Positions 48,067 to 57,404 are shown, numbered from the stretch's first letter. The stretch is 64,000 nucleotides of DNA from Caulobacteraceae bacterium (GCA_965198905.1 OZ240678.1:1329361-1393360), one strand, 5' to 3'. The notes: generated from the sequence alone by a model not told the origin. Numbers and translations are program-made.

Positions 48067-49163
48067 GCGAACGTCTTTCTGTCCATGGACTCACTCATGG
48101 TCTGGTACTGCTCGATCTGATTGATGGTGAGTTCCAGCGCAGGGCGGCCATCCCGCACCGCCTTGTACCAATCTACACTCCAGGTCAGGGCGTCTTCGAC
48201 CCCGAGCCTCGGTCGCCACCCCAGACCCAGCCTCGCCTTCGTCGCATCCACCCGCAGCAGCATCGCCTCCTTGGGCCAGGTGTCTCCATCCAGGCCCCAT
48301 GTCGCGCCCTCGCCCCAGAGACGCGCGATGCAGCCCACGATCCGCTCCACCGGCCAGGCTTCGGAGTCCGGCGGTCCGAAGTTCCACCCCTGCGCCATCT
48401 CTTGACCCCTTTCGTAGAGCGCTTGGGCCAGGAGCAGGTATCCGCAGACCGGCTCCAGCACGTGTTGCCACGGTCTCGTCGCCAGGGGATTGCGGATCTT
48501 GACCCGATCGCCGACGCCGAAAGCGCGTACGCAGTCCGGGATCAGGCGGTCGGCGGACCAGTCCCCCCCGCCGATGACGTTGCCCGCCCTCCCGGAGGCC
48601 AGAAACGGACCCTCCGGACGCTTGAAGAAGGATCGGCGGTAGGAGGCCGTGACCAGCTCGGCGCATCCCTTGCTGGCGCTGTACGGGTCAGAGCCGCCCA
48701 TCGGCTCGCTCTCGCGGTAGGCCCAGATCTGCTCGCTGTTCTCGTAGCACTTGTCGCTGGTGACGTTCACGATGGCGCGGGTCGAAGGACTGGTCCGCGC
48801 GGCGTCCAGCACGCGCACCAGACCCATGACGTTCGTCTCGAAGGTCTCCGCAGGCTCCTTATAGGAGGGATGAACCAACGCCTGCGCCGCCATGTGGATG
48901 ACGATCTGCGGCTGAGCCCGGGCGAAGGCCGCCGCCACGACAGCCGGATCGCGCACGTCGCCCAGGTCCTCGCCGGCCTCGTCGGCGCCGATCAGGTCGT
49001 GAAGGGCGGGTTGGGTCTGCGGCCTCAGCGACAGGCCGAACACCTCCGCCCCCAACCGCCGCAGCCATGTGGCGCACCAGGCGCCCTTGAACCCCGTGTG
49101 CCCGGTCAAGAGCACTCGCTTGCCGGACCAGAAGGCGGTGGAGGGCGTCACCATACCTTCCAC
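48063..49163 (-). CDS. rfbG: CDP-glucose 4,6-dehydratase
   Basis: 366 aa. [39 protein letters not shown]. Confidence 0.9.
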   Translation of the reverse strand: MEGMVTPSTAFWSGKRVLLTGHTGFKGAWCATWLRRLGAEVFGLSLRPQTQPALHDLIGADEAGEDLGDVRDPAVVAAAFARAQPQIVIHMAAQALVHPSYKEPAETFETNVMGLVRVLDAARTSPSTRAIVNVTSDKCYENSEQIWAYRESEPMGGSDPYSASKGCAELVTASYRRSFFKRPEGPFLASGRAGNVIGGGDWSADRLIPDCVRAFGVGDRVKIRNPLATRPWQHVLEPVCGYLLLAQALYERGQEMAQGWNFGPPDSEAWPVERIVGCIARLWGEGATWGLDGDTWPKEAMLLRVDATKARLGLGWRPRLGVEDALTWSVDWYKAVRDGRPALELTINQIEQYQTMSESMDRKTFA

Positions 49164-49915
49164 TTGGCCTGGCCGCTGTCCCAGAGTTCCTCCAGGTGAC
49201 GCTTGTCCCGGATCGTATCCATCGGCTGCCAGAATCCTTCGTGGCGGAATGCGGAGAGTTGGCCGTCACGCGCCAACCCCTCCAAGGGCTCGCGTTCCCA
49301 CGTCGTATGATCGCCCTCGATGCGGTCCAGCACCTCGGGTTCAAGCACGAAGAAGCCGCCGTTGATCCAGCTGCCGTCTCCCAGGGGCTTTTCCATGAAC
49401 CCCCGCACTTCACCGCTGCGCACATCCAGCGCACCGAAGCGCCCGGGAGGCCTCACCGCGGTCACGGTGGCCTGCCTTCCGGAGGCGGTGTGGAAAGCCA
49501 TTAGAGCGCCGATGTCAACGTCGCCGACGCCGTCTCCATAGGTCATGCAGAAGGCCTCATCGCCGATATGCGGCCTGACACGCTTGATGCGTCCGCCCGT
49601 CATCGTGTCGGCCCCAGTATCCACCAGGGTGATACGCCACTGCTCCGCCCGAGATTGATGCACCTCGATGGAATTGGCGCCTATATCCAGGGTGACGTCG
49701 GCCATATGCAGGAAGTAGTTCGCGAAATACTCCTTGATATGGTAGCCCTTGTACCCGAGACATATGATGAAGTCATTGACGCCGTACGCCGAGTATATCT
49801 TCATTACATGCCACAAGATCGGGCGGCCGCCGATCTCGACCATGGGCTTAGGTCGTGACGAGGTCTCCTCGGCCAGTCTGGTGCCCAGGCCGCCGGCTAA
49901 GATTACGAGTTTCAA
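49148..49915 (-). CDS. rfbF: Glucose-1-phosphate cytidylyltransferase
   Basis: TTG start at 49915 (AGAGAGG upstream) gives (M)[69 protein letters not shown], the canonical RfbF N-terminus. The longer ORF-track start is an over-extension. Confidence 0.92.
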   Translation of the reverse strand: MKLVILAGGLGTRLAEETSSRPKPMVEIGGRPILWHVMKIYSAYGVNDFIICLGYKGYHIKEYFANYFLHMADVTLDIGANSIEVHQSRAEQWRITLVDTGADTMTGGRIKRVRPHIGDEAFCMTYGDGVGDVDIGALMAFHTASGRQATVTAVRPPGRFGALDVRSGEVRGFMEKPLGDGSWINGGFFVLEPEVLDRIEGDHTTWEREPLEGLARDGQLSAFRHEGFWQPMDTIRDKRHLEELWDSGQAKWKVW

Positions 49916-50295
49916 CGCGAACCTCTCTGCGCCTGCACTAAGGCGCCTTTCCCTAGGACGCCCCCGTGAAGGCTGACAAGGGGCGACGACGAGCTTCGGC
50001 CGTAAAGGATCGAACCCCCGGGACACGGCGCCGCGGCGCCACCGCGTGAGAAAGGCCTCCCGATGCGACCTTGGAGCAAAGGCCGTCGCCAGACCGCCAA
50101 CATAACGGTCTTGCTTTTAGTCGCGATTGAGAGGAGCGTACACCGCTTGTCGCGGTGGGGTCCGCCACTCCACGCGATGAAGGGCGTCCACGGGTGGGCG
50201 CAACCCCAGGCGAGCAGGCGAAAGCCCTCACTGCGGCGAGGCCAAAATCGCAACGCGTCACTTTCAATCAGCCGAAATTGCCTTAAGGCGAAAGA

Positions 50296-51051
50296 ATGAT
50301 TTCCGGTCGCGCCCTTATCTCCACCTTGGCGCCTCTGAGCTTCCTGATCATCGCAGGTTGCGCCGCCCCGCCGCCGCACCGCTACTTCCAGGCCACGGCC
50401 AATCAGATCGGTCCCGAGCCGAACAGCTATGGGGAGGCGGTGGTGCCCTCCTGCGGCCTGGTGGCGGTTCAGGGCGACGACTTCGCCTACGGTCGCGCGC
50501 CAGGACGGTCCAGACGAACGATCAACGGCGCCACGCAAGGTCAGGCGGCCATCACCATAAGCCAGGCCTTGCGAAAGGCCGTCGATGGCGTGCGTGTCGA
50601 GAACCGGGGCTTTCCAGGCGATACGGTCGAGGCCAGCACGACGCGATGGTCGAGCCACCCTCCCGGTAACCTGCTGATCCTTGCGTTGGGCTATGGAGAC
50701 GCCGAGGCGCAGACGCCGATCGGCCACTTCGCAGAAGGCTTCGATGCGCTGGTGCGCGGCGCGCAGGCCAAGGGCGCCGCGGTCTTCGTCATCGTGCCGC
50801 CGCCGATCTCCGATCCGCTGAAGAACACCACCATCGAAGCCTACCGCAACCAGATGCGAGGCATCGCTCAAGCCGACGGTGCGGAGATGTTCGAGGCTTT
50901 CACCGCCGAGACAAGGATCAAGGCGAAGCCGAGCAGGACGTTGGCGCAGTCTTCGGCGGTCTATCAGGCCGTAGCCGCTGACATGGCGCCCTACATCAAG
51001 GCCGCCGCCGCTTCGAACAGCGGTGCAAGGCCCTTGCCGCACCATTGCTAA
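50296..51051 (+). CDS. SGNH/GDSL-hydrolase family lipoprotein
   Basis: Lipobox LIIAGC. ...VENRGFPGDT..., LLILALGYGDA, AAVFVIVPPP resemble SGNH blocks II-III. Lies between the two minus-strand glycan gene sets. Confidence 0.55.
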   Translation: MISGRALISTLAPLSFLIIAGCAAPPPHRYFQATANQIGPEPNSYGEAVVPSCGLVAVQGDDFAYGRAPGRSRRTINGATQGQAAITISQALRKAVDGVRVENRGFPGDTVEASTTRWSSHPPGNLLILALGYGDAEAQTPIGHFAEGFDALVRGAQAKGAAVFVIVPPPISDPLKNTTIEAYRNQMRGIAQADGAEMFEAFTAETRIKAKPSRTLAQSSAVYQAVAADMAPYIKAAAASNSGARPLPHHC

Positions 51052-51101
51052 ACGTCGCTCGCCAACCCGTGAGATACGCGGTGGACTAACGAGTAAGCAC
51101 T

Positions 51102-52451
51102 TCACCCAGGAACGTGCTGACGCGGCTTCCAAAGCTCCTCGACGTAGCCTTTCCGCACCCAGCACGGAAATCGATATTCTCGTTCAAATCTCTGACTTAA
51201 GACGTCTCCCACCACGACCTGGCGTGGACCATTAATATCTGCCGTCAGTGGCGCGGCCGCCTCTTGGTTTATACTTAGTATTGGGGAATTGATCTTTCGG
51301 CTATAATCACTGACCACTTTAGAACCCATTTCGGGAAAGGAGTCACAGTTCAAGACAAGGTCGTACCCCGAAGGAAAAGACCAAGCCGGCAAAAGATTAA
51401 TCTTGCCGTCGCCGTCAACCGTCACGCTAATATCTGGCAAGGAGCGACGCAGAACAAAATATTGAAGCAAGCAGATCAGTGGTAAATCAACGATCGTATA
51501 TTTACTAATCCCTAGTAAGACAGCGAAATATGCGGCCCTTCCTACCCCGCCCCCTACCTCGCATACGTGGCCTCGTGTAATTGACGCCACTCTCAAGGCA
51601 GCATAAAGACCTTGGATATCCCGGATATTTAATCCATCACATAGACCAAAGAGCCCATCAAAGATCAGTGGGGGTGTAATCGAGCCAAAACCAAGTTTCT
51701 CCTCAATCGCGCGCTTGACCGCATACGAGTCCTGATGAAGGGCGCTGCCAAACTCCCCCTGTTCCGGACACTCAACGTGATCTCCCAAATATTGCCCCAA
51801 AGCTAAAAGAGCATCATGGTACAAAGCAACATCCATAGATCGTCCAAGATCTGACGCCGCCATTAACGCTTCATAGGCTGGCCGCCCTTGATACATCCCG
51901 TCCGTTACCATTTCTCTGGGTAACGATACGAATACCGACGCTACACGTTCCACGTCGCCAGCCTCTAATGGGGCAATGATGTCCCTCTGCCTCGTCTCTA
52001 TGTGCATCGCCCAAATGCCCTCCAGATCAAGCACGCCCTCCCGGATGCGACGCCATATTTTGATTAATTCATTGGCGACTTCTAAGTCCTCCGGGCCCAC
52101 TTCTTTTCTTGTCAATATCCAAGGCGGACTCGGGTAGCCACGCAGCGGCGACACCATAAACATCTCTTTGTGTCGCAACTGCTCCGCCTCCGCTCCATTG
52201 GTGAGGACTGGCCCACCAACGATCTGCGCTGAAATCGAGCCGGTCAACCAGAGGTGCTCAGGCACAAGGAACTCGTAAGCGTGCCGGCCGTCGCCGTAAC
52301 CGGCATGCATCAAGTCTTCGCGAAACCTGTCTGCGAGCACCAAGCCGATCGGTTCGCCATTTAGCAGAATGCTGACCCGAACAGGCTCATCCCCGTCGAC
52401 CGCCCAACCGGCAACCGTTCGCGCGCGGATCGAGTCAATATATCCAATCAT
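51102..52451 (-). CDS. Class I SAM-methyltransferase-like protein (putative sugar O-methyltransferase) with N-terminal beta-rich domain
   Basis: 449 aa, low-GC gene. N-terminus GYIDSIRARTVAGWAVDGDEPVRVSILLNGEPIGLVLADRFREDLMHAGYGDGRHAYEF is a module often seen at the N-termini of polysaccharide-modifying enzymes. GxGxG-type motif VCEVGGGVGRAAYFAV...IVDLP. Confidence 0.5.
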   Translation of the reverse strand: MIGYIDSIRARTVAGWAVDGDEPVRVSILLNGEPIGLVLADRFREDLMHAGYGDGRHAYEFLVPEHLWLTGSISAQIVGGPVLTNGAEAEQLRHKEMFMVSPLRGYPSPPWILTRKEVGPEDLEVANELIKIWRRIREGVLDLEGIWAMHIETRQRDIIAPLEAGDVERVASVFVSLPREMVTDGMYQGRPAYEALMAASDLGRSMDVALYHDALLALGQYLGDHVECPEQGEFGSALHQDSYAVKRAIEEKLGFGSITPPLIFDGLFGLCDGLNIRDIQGLYAALRVASITRGHVCEVGGGVGRAAYFAVLLGISKYTIVDLPLICLLQYFVLRRSLPDISVTVDGDGKINLLPAWSFPSGYDLVLNCDSFPEMGSKVVSDYSRKINSPILSINQEAAAPLTADINGPRQVVVGDVLSQRFEREYRFPCWVRKGYVEELWKPRQHVPG

Positions 52452-52540
52452 GAGTGAAAACGATTGCTCCTGACTTACTGAATTAAAGGTTCAGCCAAAC
52501 TGGCAACGAAAACAAGCTGGCTCACCCAACCCACTCCTCG

Positions 52541-54142
52541 TCAACCGATGGTTGGGAATGACCGTAAAGCGCTTTTCAAAATCGTCAAGATTCTCCACCA
52601 TGGGCGAGATTGAATATAATTCATGCGCTTGGCGAGCTCCAAACCTTTAGCTTGACTACCTTCCGCCTGCCGCCGTTCTCTTTCCAGGTTGGCGGTCAGC
52701 TCGTCCACAGTCGCCATCAGCTCGGCTTCGCGCTCAAGGGTGTGTCGGCGGGACTGCTCTAGAGCGTCCAAGAGAGCCGCGGCCTTCTCGCGCTCGTTAT
52801 CCAGGCTGGTGGCGTTATGCGCTTCCTGGATAGCGTTCGCGTTCCGCATTTTCACGCCCTCCACCTCGAGGCGGCTTATCTCTTGGCGCAACATCAGTGA
52901 GCGCTGCCGCTCGTCCTCTACAGTGACGTCTCTGTCTGCCAGAAGTTCGGAAAGCGCCTGACTTTCGTTTTCAGCGTTGACTTGCCGACGGAGCGCCTCA
53001 CCGACTTCGATGACTGATCGCGTCTTTTCGTCGCCCAGGGCCTTGGCGACCTCACCGACTTTCGCCTGCAGCATTTCGGACGCACCAGCCCACTCGGCGG
53101 CCGACTGGCTCGATGTGAGCCGCTCTACACGAAGTTGTTCTTCCAGAGCCTCAGCCCTGAGCGCTGTGGCATCATTAGCCGCTTGCAAGCTGGCGCTCCT
53201 GAGTCGCTCGGCGTCGGCTTCAACCCTGCAGAGCCCAAGTTGGGCCTGAGAGATCTGGTGATTTTGTATGATCGCTCCGAGGGACAGACGCATTTCCGCA
53301 AGGACACCTCCGACGACCTCCTCACAACGGGACAGTCGTCGTGAGACATTATCGAGCACTGAGCCGTCCGGCGTCTCACCCTTGGCGCTTTGGGTGAACC
53401 AGGCGTATGTTTCGGTCACCATCTTTCGCAGCTCACCGCGAAGCGGCAGAGGCCCGGCCGCCGTGTGATGGCGGAGGTCACCCTTCAGGGCGCGCTCCAC
53501 CTCGAGATCGGACGCTCGGGTACGCCGAGGGAGCGCCTCGCCAAGTGTCGTCTCGATCTCATCCAGGACGCTATGAGGGTCTTCCAGCAAACCCTCGTAG
53601 GTGACAAAGAGTCGGCGGCTACCTCGCGATTTGCGCTCCGCCGCGAGCATGTTCGTCAGCCAGATCAGCAAGCCCCTCTCGTTCGAGAACCCGTCCCTAC
53701 GGGCCAGTGAGGCGGCCACCTCGGCGGGGTTTCGAACCATCAGGACAAAGGCGCATTCGTACCCCGCCCCTTCGAGCGCCGTTCGCCAAAATCCGGCGAG
53801 GATCGAGATGCGAGGATCCTTCAGGACGATGCGGGGCGCACCGTCGAACTCCGATCCCAGGAGTGTGACCGCTCTCGCCATAACGGCGGAGCCTGAACGG
53901 GACAGCAGCGGCGCCTCGTCGGGCGCGAACATGTCATGCCAACTCGCATCCCGCATCGCCAGTAACTCGTCATTCAAGTTGACGATATTTACCGACTCCC
54001 AAAAGCCCTCCGGGTTGTCAGTCTGGGGAGGCAGGACGGTGCAAGGCAGACTGAACCCACTGAGCGCCAGAGTGCGCGCCATGACGGACGTTCCACTCCG
54101 ATGAGCACCGACAACCACCAGAGCCAACTTCGTGTTTGACAT
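52541..54142 (-). CDS. Sulfotransferase-family domain fused to ~220-aa coiled coil and C-terminal amphipathic helix
   Basis: 533 aa. N-terminus LVVVGAHRSGTSVMARTL (5'-PSB-like P-loop), RIVLKDPRISIL, VLMVRNPAEVAASL. Residues ~290-505 are heptad-rich (LRAEALEEQLRVERL..., ERQRSLMLRQEISRLEVEGVKMRN..., ELMATVDELTANLERERRQAE). Tail RPWWRILTILKSALRSF. Confidence 0.65.
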   Translation of the reverse strand: MSNTKLALVVVGAHRSGTSVMARTLALSGFSLPCTVLPPQTDNPEGFWESVNIVNLNDELLAMRDASWHDMFAPDEAPLLSRSGSAVMARAVTLLGSEFDGAPRIVLKDPRISILAGFWRTALEGAGYECAFVLMVRNPAEVAASLARRDGFSNERGLLIWLTNMLAAERKSRGSRRLFVTYEGLLEDPHSVLDEIETTLGEALPRRTRASDLEVERALKGDLRHHTAAGPLPLRGELRKMVTETYAWFTQSAKGETPDGSVLDNVSRRLSRCEEVVGGVLAEMRLSLGAIIQNHQISQAQLGLCRVEADAERLRSASLQAANDATALRAEALEEQLRVERLTSSQSAAEWAGASEMLQAKVGEVAKALGDEKTRSVIEVGEALRRQVNAENESQALSELLADRDVTVEDERQRSLMLRQEISRLEVEGVKMRNANAIQEAHNATSLDNEREKAAALLDALEQSRRHTLEREAELMATVDELTANLERERRQAEGSQAKGLELAKRMNYIQSRPWWRILTILKSALRSFPTIG

Positions 54143-54202
54143 CCGCCCTGCTTCTCGCGCATCGCCTGCGCGCTATCTTTATTCTCATGCTGAGGAAGTA
54201 CT

Positions 54203-56833
54203 CTACGCTGTGTAGTCCATCAGCATAGGGCGCGGGTACAAGCTGATTTCATTAGTCGACGAATTCTGGCTCAGGTTTCGGTTGTACATGGGGTCTGATC
54301 CAATCACGTCGCCCCACTTCTGATTAAAGTCGATGAGCTCTTGCGGCGGCCCCGGTTCACGGCTGACGGACTCGTAATGGTATAGGTTCGCGAAAGGCGT
54401 ATATACCAGACGACCTCTCTGCCTAAGTCGAAGACAGAAATCGACATCGTTATAGTTCAGCCGGAAACGGGTGTCGAAACCGCCTACTCCCTCATAGTCG
54501 GCTTTCCGGCACATGAAACAGGCTCCAGTAAGAGCCGAATAGTTACGCACGAGCAGACCCGATCCAGCTAGCCCCGCCGTGTCAGCGGGAAGGTCGTAGT
54601 AGACGTGCCCGGGTCCCTGTCCCAGCAGGAGCACCCCAGCGTGCTGTATTGTTCCACTGGGAAAGAACAGCTTAGCCCCGACCCCGGCAACCTCGGGATC
54701 GTCAAGCCACATTAGCATCTGTTCCAACCAGTCGCCGCTGATGACAGTCATGTCGTCATTCAGAAGCAAGACAACTTCCGCACTCGCACGTGCGACACCA
54801 AGGTTCATCTTTTCAGCTATGTTAAAGACCGGCCTGTCATAATCGACGTAGACTATGTCATATGTCCTCAGCGCCGCTTCAAGCTCCGGCTCCATGTCGC
54901 CATTGTGTACGACGACGATCTCGAAGGCCCGGTGCGTCGACTTGTAAAAGATCGACCGAACCAAATCCAAGAGGTACCACCTCGCAATATCTTTATTGAG
55001 CCGGCGTGCGGCCGATGGGATTACGATACTGACCTTCTGGTTCGGATCGACGTTCGGAAGGACTCGGTGACTGCCTGCGAAGGGACCGCGAACAACACGA
55101 CCTTTGCGCCCGGCGTCGTCGCGGTGAGCCTGGACCGCACGGCGTGCGGCGAGTTCGGCGGAGGGTTTGGCGTCCGCGCCCGCAGCTGTGGACGTGGGGA
55201 GGATGCGCCAATGATAGAGCACATCGGGGACATGTACGATCGCGCGAGCCTTTGTTGAGACCCGAAAAGCGAGGTCATAGTCTTGGGCCAAATCGAATTC
55301 CGGACGAAAGCCGCCGATCTCCCGCACCAGAGCGGTACGATAAACCCCGAGATGGCAGGTGTACATACACCCCAGCATGAACTCGGGGGACCAATCAGGC
55401 TTGAAAAGGGGCCCGAACCGCACGCCCCCTTCTGTTATCTTGTCTTCGTCAGAATAAAGGAAATCGGCTTCCGGCGTTTGATTGATGGCGTGCGCCATAG
55501 CGAACAGAGCGTGGGGAGCGAGTTCGTCATCGTGATCCAGTAAGGCGATGAATTCTCCGTCGGCAAATGATAAGGCCTTATTGGTCGCCCGGGCGATCCC
55601 GCCGTTGGCTTCGGATCTCTGAATTCGAATGCGATCATCTTTTGCCTGCAAGCCCGTGAGATATGTCGCCACCTCAGGCTTGGTCGAGCCGTCATCTACG
55701 ATGCAAAGTTGCCAGTCGTCATAGGTCTGAGCCAGAACGGATTGAACCGCGAGTTCGAGGTAGTGCAAGTCCGAATTATAGGTAGGCATCAGCACCGAAA
55801 ACTTGGGGCGGACTCCAAGTTCGCGGCCAAGTTTAATCAATTGGGAGCGTAAAGGTTGATCAATCTGACGATGCGCAATCCAGGCCGCATAGCGATCGCC
55901 TTGAACTCGACGCGGATTTGCCAGCGCTTGAGTGAGATGGCGCGCCCGGGTCGGATGAAAAAACTCGGCTATCAACGGTGCCGTCCGCCAAGAATGATCA
56001 TCGCTTTGCAGCAATGCACGCCATTGACCAAACATCTGCACTTTTGCTTCTTCTGGACTTATTGACCAGATATCGAAGTCCTCGAACTTAAATGAGCCAG
56101 GTTGGTTTGTCGGGTCGATTCGAACAAACCTGACATCTTCAAAGCTATATAATATCGTATCTAATTTTAGAAAGATGGAAGCCGCATCTAAGGTCCAGCT
56201 GTTCGCATCTGAGATACCGTCGTTAGTCGCAAGGAAAATCTGGGTGTACCTGGAATGGCCATATGGATCGACAGCGGCGGGAAACGTGACTTGGTACTTG
56301 ACTCTTAGATATCCAGCCTCGGCGGACCGTTCCACGATCATGTAGGGATCGGGCCCTAGCGAATTGTACTGATCTGGAATTTGCGTACTGGCCAACTCAT
56401 TTATAAGTCTAATCTTGTTTGTGTGGCTTTTGGATGGAGGCGAAACTACCTCGCTGTCGGCCGCCGTATCGAGCAGTTCCGAAGCCAGGTCTATGTCCGT
56501 CAGCAATATCCGTGCTAGGGCTTCACGCGAGGCGGCTTCGGACAGACGGGCGCGGCAGCTTTCGCTGATGGGTAACGTCGTCGCCCAGTCGACAAAAGCC
56601 CGCCAAGACTGATCGGTCGACACCGGCTCCGGAGCGCGATCAAGGCTGGCCTTATATTCGAATGACGATATAAATTTTCTGATTGTACTGACGATGGATC
56701 CATCCACCTGATTATGGATAACATCCTCATTCTCGGGAGCTCGTCCGAGGAATATATGGTAGCAAGCGCGCACGTCTTCGCTGGTGGCGCCCATAGCCCC
56801 AGACCGAGGTTGCAATAAGCCGGAGCTATCCAT
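54203..56833 (-). CDS. Large multidomain glycosyltransferase (DUF4214-like N-terminus + two GT2 domains)
   Basis: 876 aa. N-terminus CYHIFLGRAPENEDVIHNQVDG...IRKFISSFEY. First GT2 domain FSVLMPTYNSDLHYLELAVQSVLAQTYDDWQLCIVDDGS...LLDHDDEL (DxD). Second GT2 domain VSIVIPS...LLLNDDM... Confidence 0.8.
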   Translation of the reverse strand: MDSSGLLQPRSGAMGATSEDVRACYHIFLGRAPENEDVIHNQVDGSIVSTIRKFISSFEYKASLDRAPEPVSTDQSWRAFVDWATTLPISESCRARLSEAASREALARILLTDIDLASELLDTAADSEVVSPPSKSHTNKIRLINELASTQIPDQYNSLGPDPYMIVERSAEAGYLRVKYQVTFPAAVDPYGHSRYTQIFLATNDGISDANSWTLDAASIFLKLDTILYSFEDVRFVRIDPTNQPGSFKFEDFDIWSISPEEAKVQMFGQWRALLQSDDHSWRTAPLIAEFFHPTRARHLTQALANPRRVQGDRYAAWIAHRQIDQPLRSQLIKLGRELGVRPKFSVLMPTYNSDLHYLELAVQSVLAQTYDDWQLCIVDDGSTKPEVATYLTGLQAKDDRIRIQRSEANGGIARATNKALSFADGEFIALLDHDDELAPHALFAMAHAINQTPEADFLYSDEDKITEGGVRFGPLFKPDWSPEFMLGCMYTCHLGVYRTALVREIGGFRPEFDLAQDYDLAFRVSTKARAIVHVPDVLYHWRILPTSTAAGADAKPSAELAARRAVQAHRDDAGRKGRVVRGPFAGSHRVLPNVDPNQKVSIVIPSAARRLNKDIARWYLLDLVRSIFYKSTHRAFEIVVVHNGDMEPELEAALRTYDIVYVDYDRPVFNIAEKMNLGVARASAEVVLLLNDDMTVISGDWLEQMLMWLDDPEVAGVGAKLFFPSGTIQHAGVLLLGQGPGHVYYDLPADTAGLAGSGLLVRNYSALTGACFMCRKADYEGVGGFDTRFRLNYNDVDFCLRLRQRGRLVYTPFANLYHYESVSREPGPPQELIDFNQKWGDVIGSDPMYNRNLSQNSSTNEISLYPRPMLMDYTA

Positions 56834-57090
56834 AATCAGAGCGTCCTTAATTGAAGATATGATGTCGAGACGATGGGAACTTACGCGAGTTGGCGCGCGA
56901 CGACCTTTTATAAGCGGCTAGATTAGCGGCGTCCTGGCTAGTCGGATAGACTATAGAGAGGATGGAGAGGTATCTAGGCTGCTGGTTCGACCGGCGCGCC
57001 TCGTTGGCCTCAGCCGTTGCGCGCTCCATAGCTCTATTCTCCCCCGTGCATTCCCGCTCGCCTTCCTTACAGCTGATTAGGGGATGGCCG

Positions 57091-57384
57091 CTATGGCTTC
57101 ATTGCGGGAAGATCGACAGAGGTGACGTCTCCCTTCAAGTGCGCGAAGATGGAGTCCACCATCGAGCCCTGGCCGCTCTGGTAAAGGCTCGCCAGCATCT
57201 TGAGCGTGGCGGCCGCCGGCCCCTGGAACAGGATTTGGCAGTCCACGATGCGCGTGTCCTTGAACTCGGGCAGTTGAGCGCCCCTGAAGGTCAGGCGACA
57301 CTCGGTCAGCTGGCAATCGACGAAGCGCTTGCCGTCCAGGGCAAGGTTCAATCCGCGCAGTTCGCGATTGGCGTAAGTCTGCAT
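57091..57384 (-). CDS. Small hypothetical protein with pentapeptide-repeat-like N-terminal half
   Basis: 97 aa from MQTYANRELRGLNLALDGKRFVDCQLTECRLTFRGAQLPEFKDTRIVDCQILFQG. The start at 57384 lies just after the terminator. The ORF-track start at 57408 would overlap the T-tract. Confidence 0.4.
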   Translation of the reverse strand: MQTYANRELRGLNLALDGKRFVDCQLTECRLTFRGAQLPEFKDTRIVDCQILFQGPAAATLKMLASLYQSGQGSMVDSIFAHLKGDVTSVDLPAMKP

Positions 57385-57404
57385 GTCGACTCGGCAACTA
57401 CGGA

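Noticed and set aside
50005-50035. tRNA-like T-arm string (minus strand GGGGGTTCGATCC) near the edge of the glycan region, considered as a possible tRNA-derived att site for the low-GC island
   Set aside because: The flanking bases cannot form a T-stem or acceptor stem, and there is no full tRNA or matching direct repeat at the other island border. It also lies ~1 kb away from where the GC drop begins.
49912-51165. 417-aa minus-strand ORF antisense to the SGNH lipoprotein gene and spanning the rfbF upstream region
   Set aside because: It has no motifs. It overlaps a plus-strand gene with a lipobox and SGNH-like blocks. Its C-terminal part would also have to overlap rfbF's corrected start.
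51060-57090. Calling the low-GC segment a genomic island or mobile element
   Set aside because: No integrase, transposase, conjugation gene, tRNA target or flanking direct repeats are visible. I report it only as a compositional anomaly and not as a mobile_element feature.
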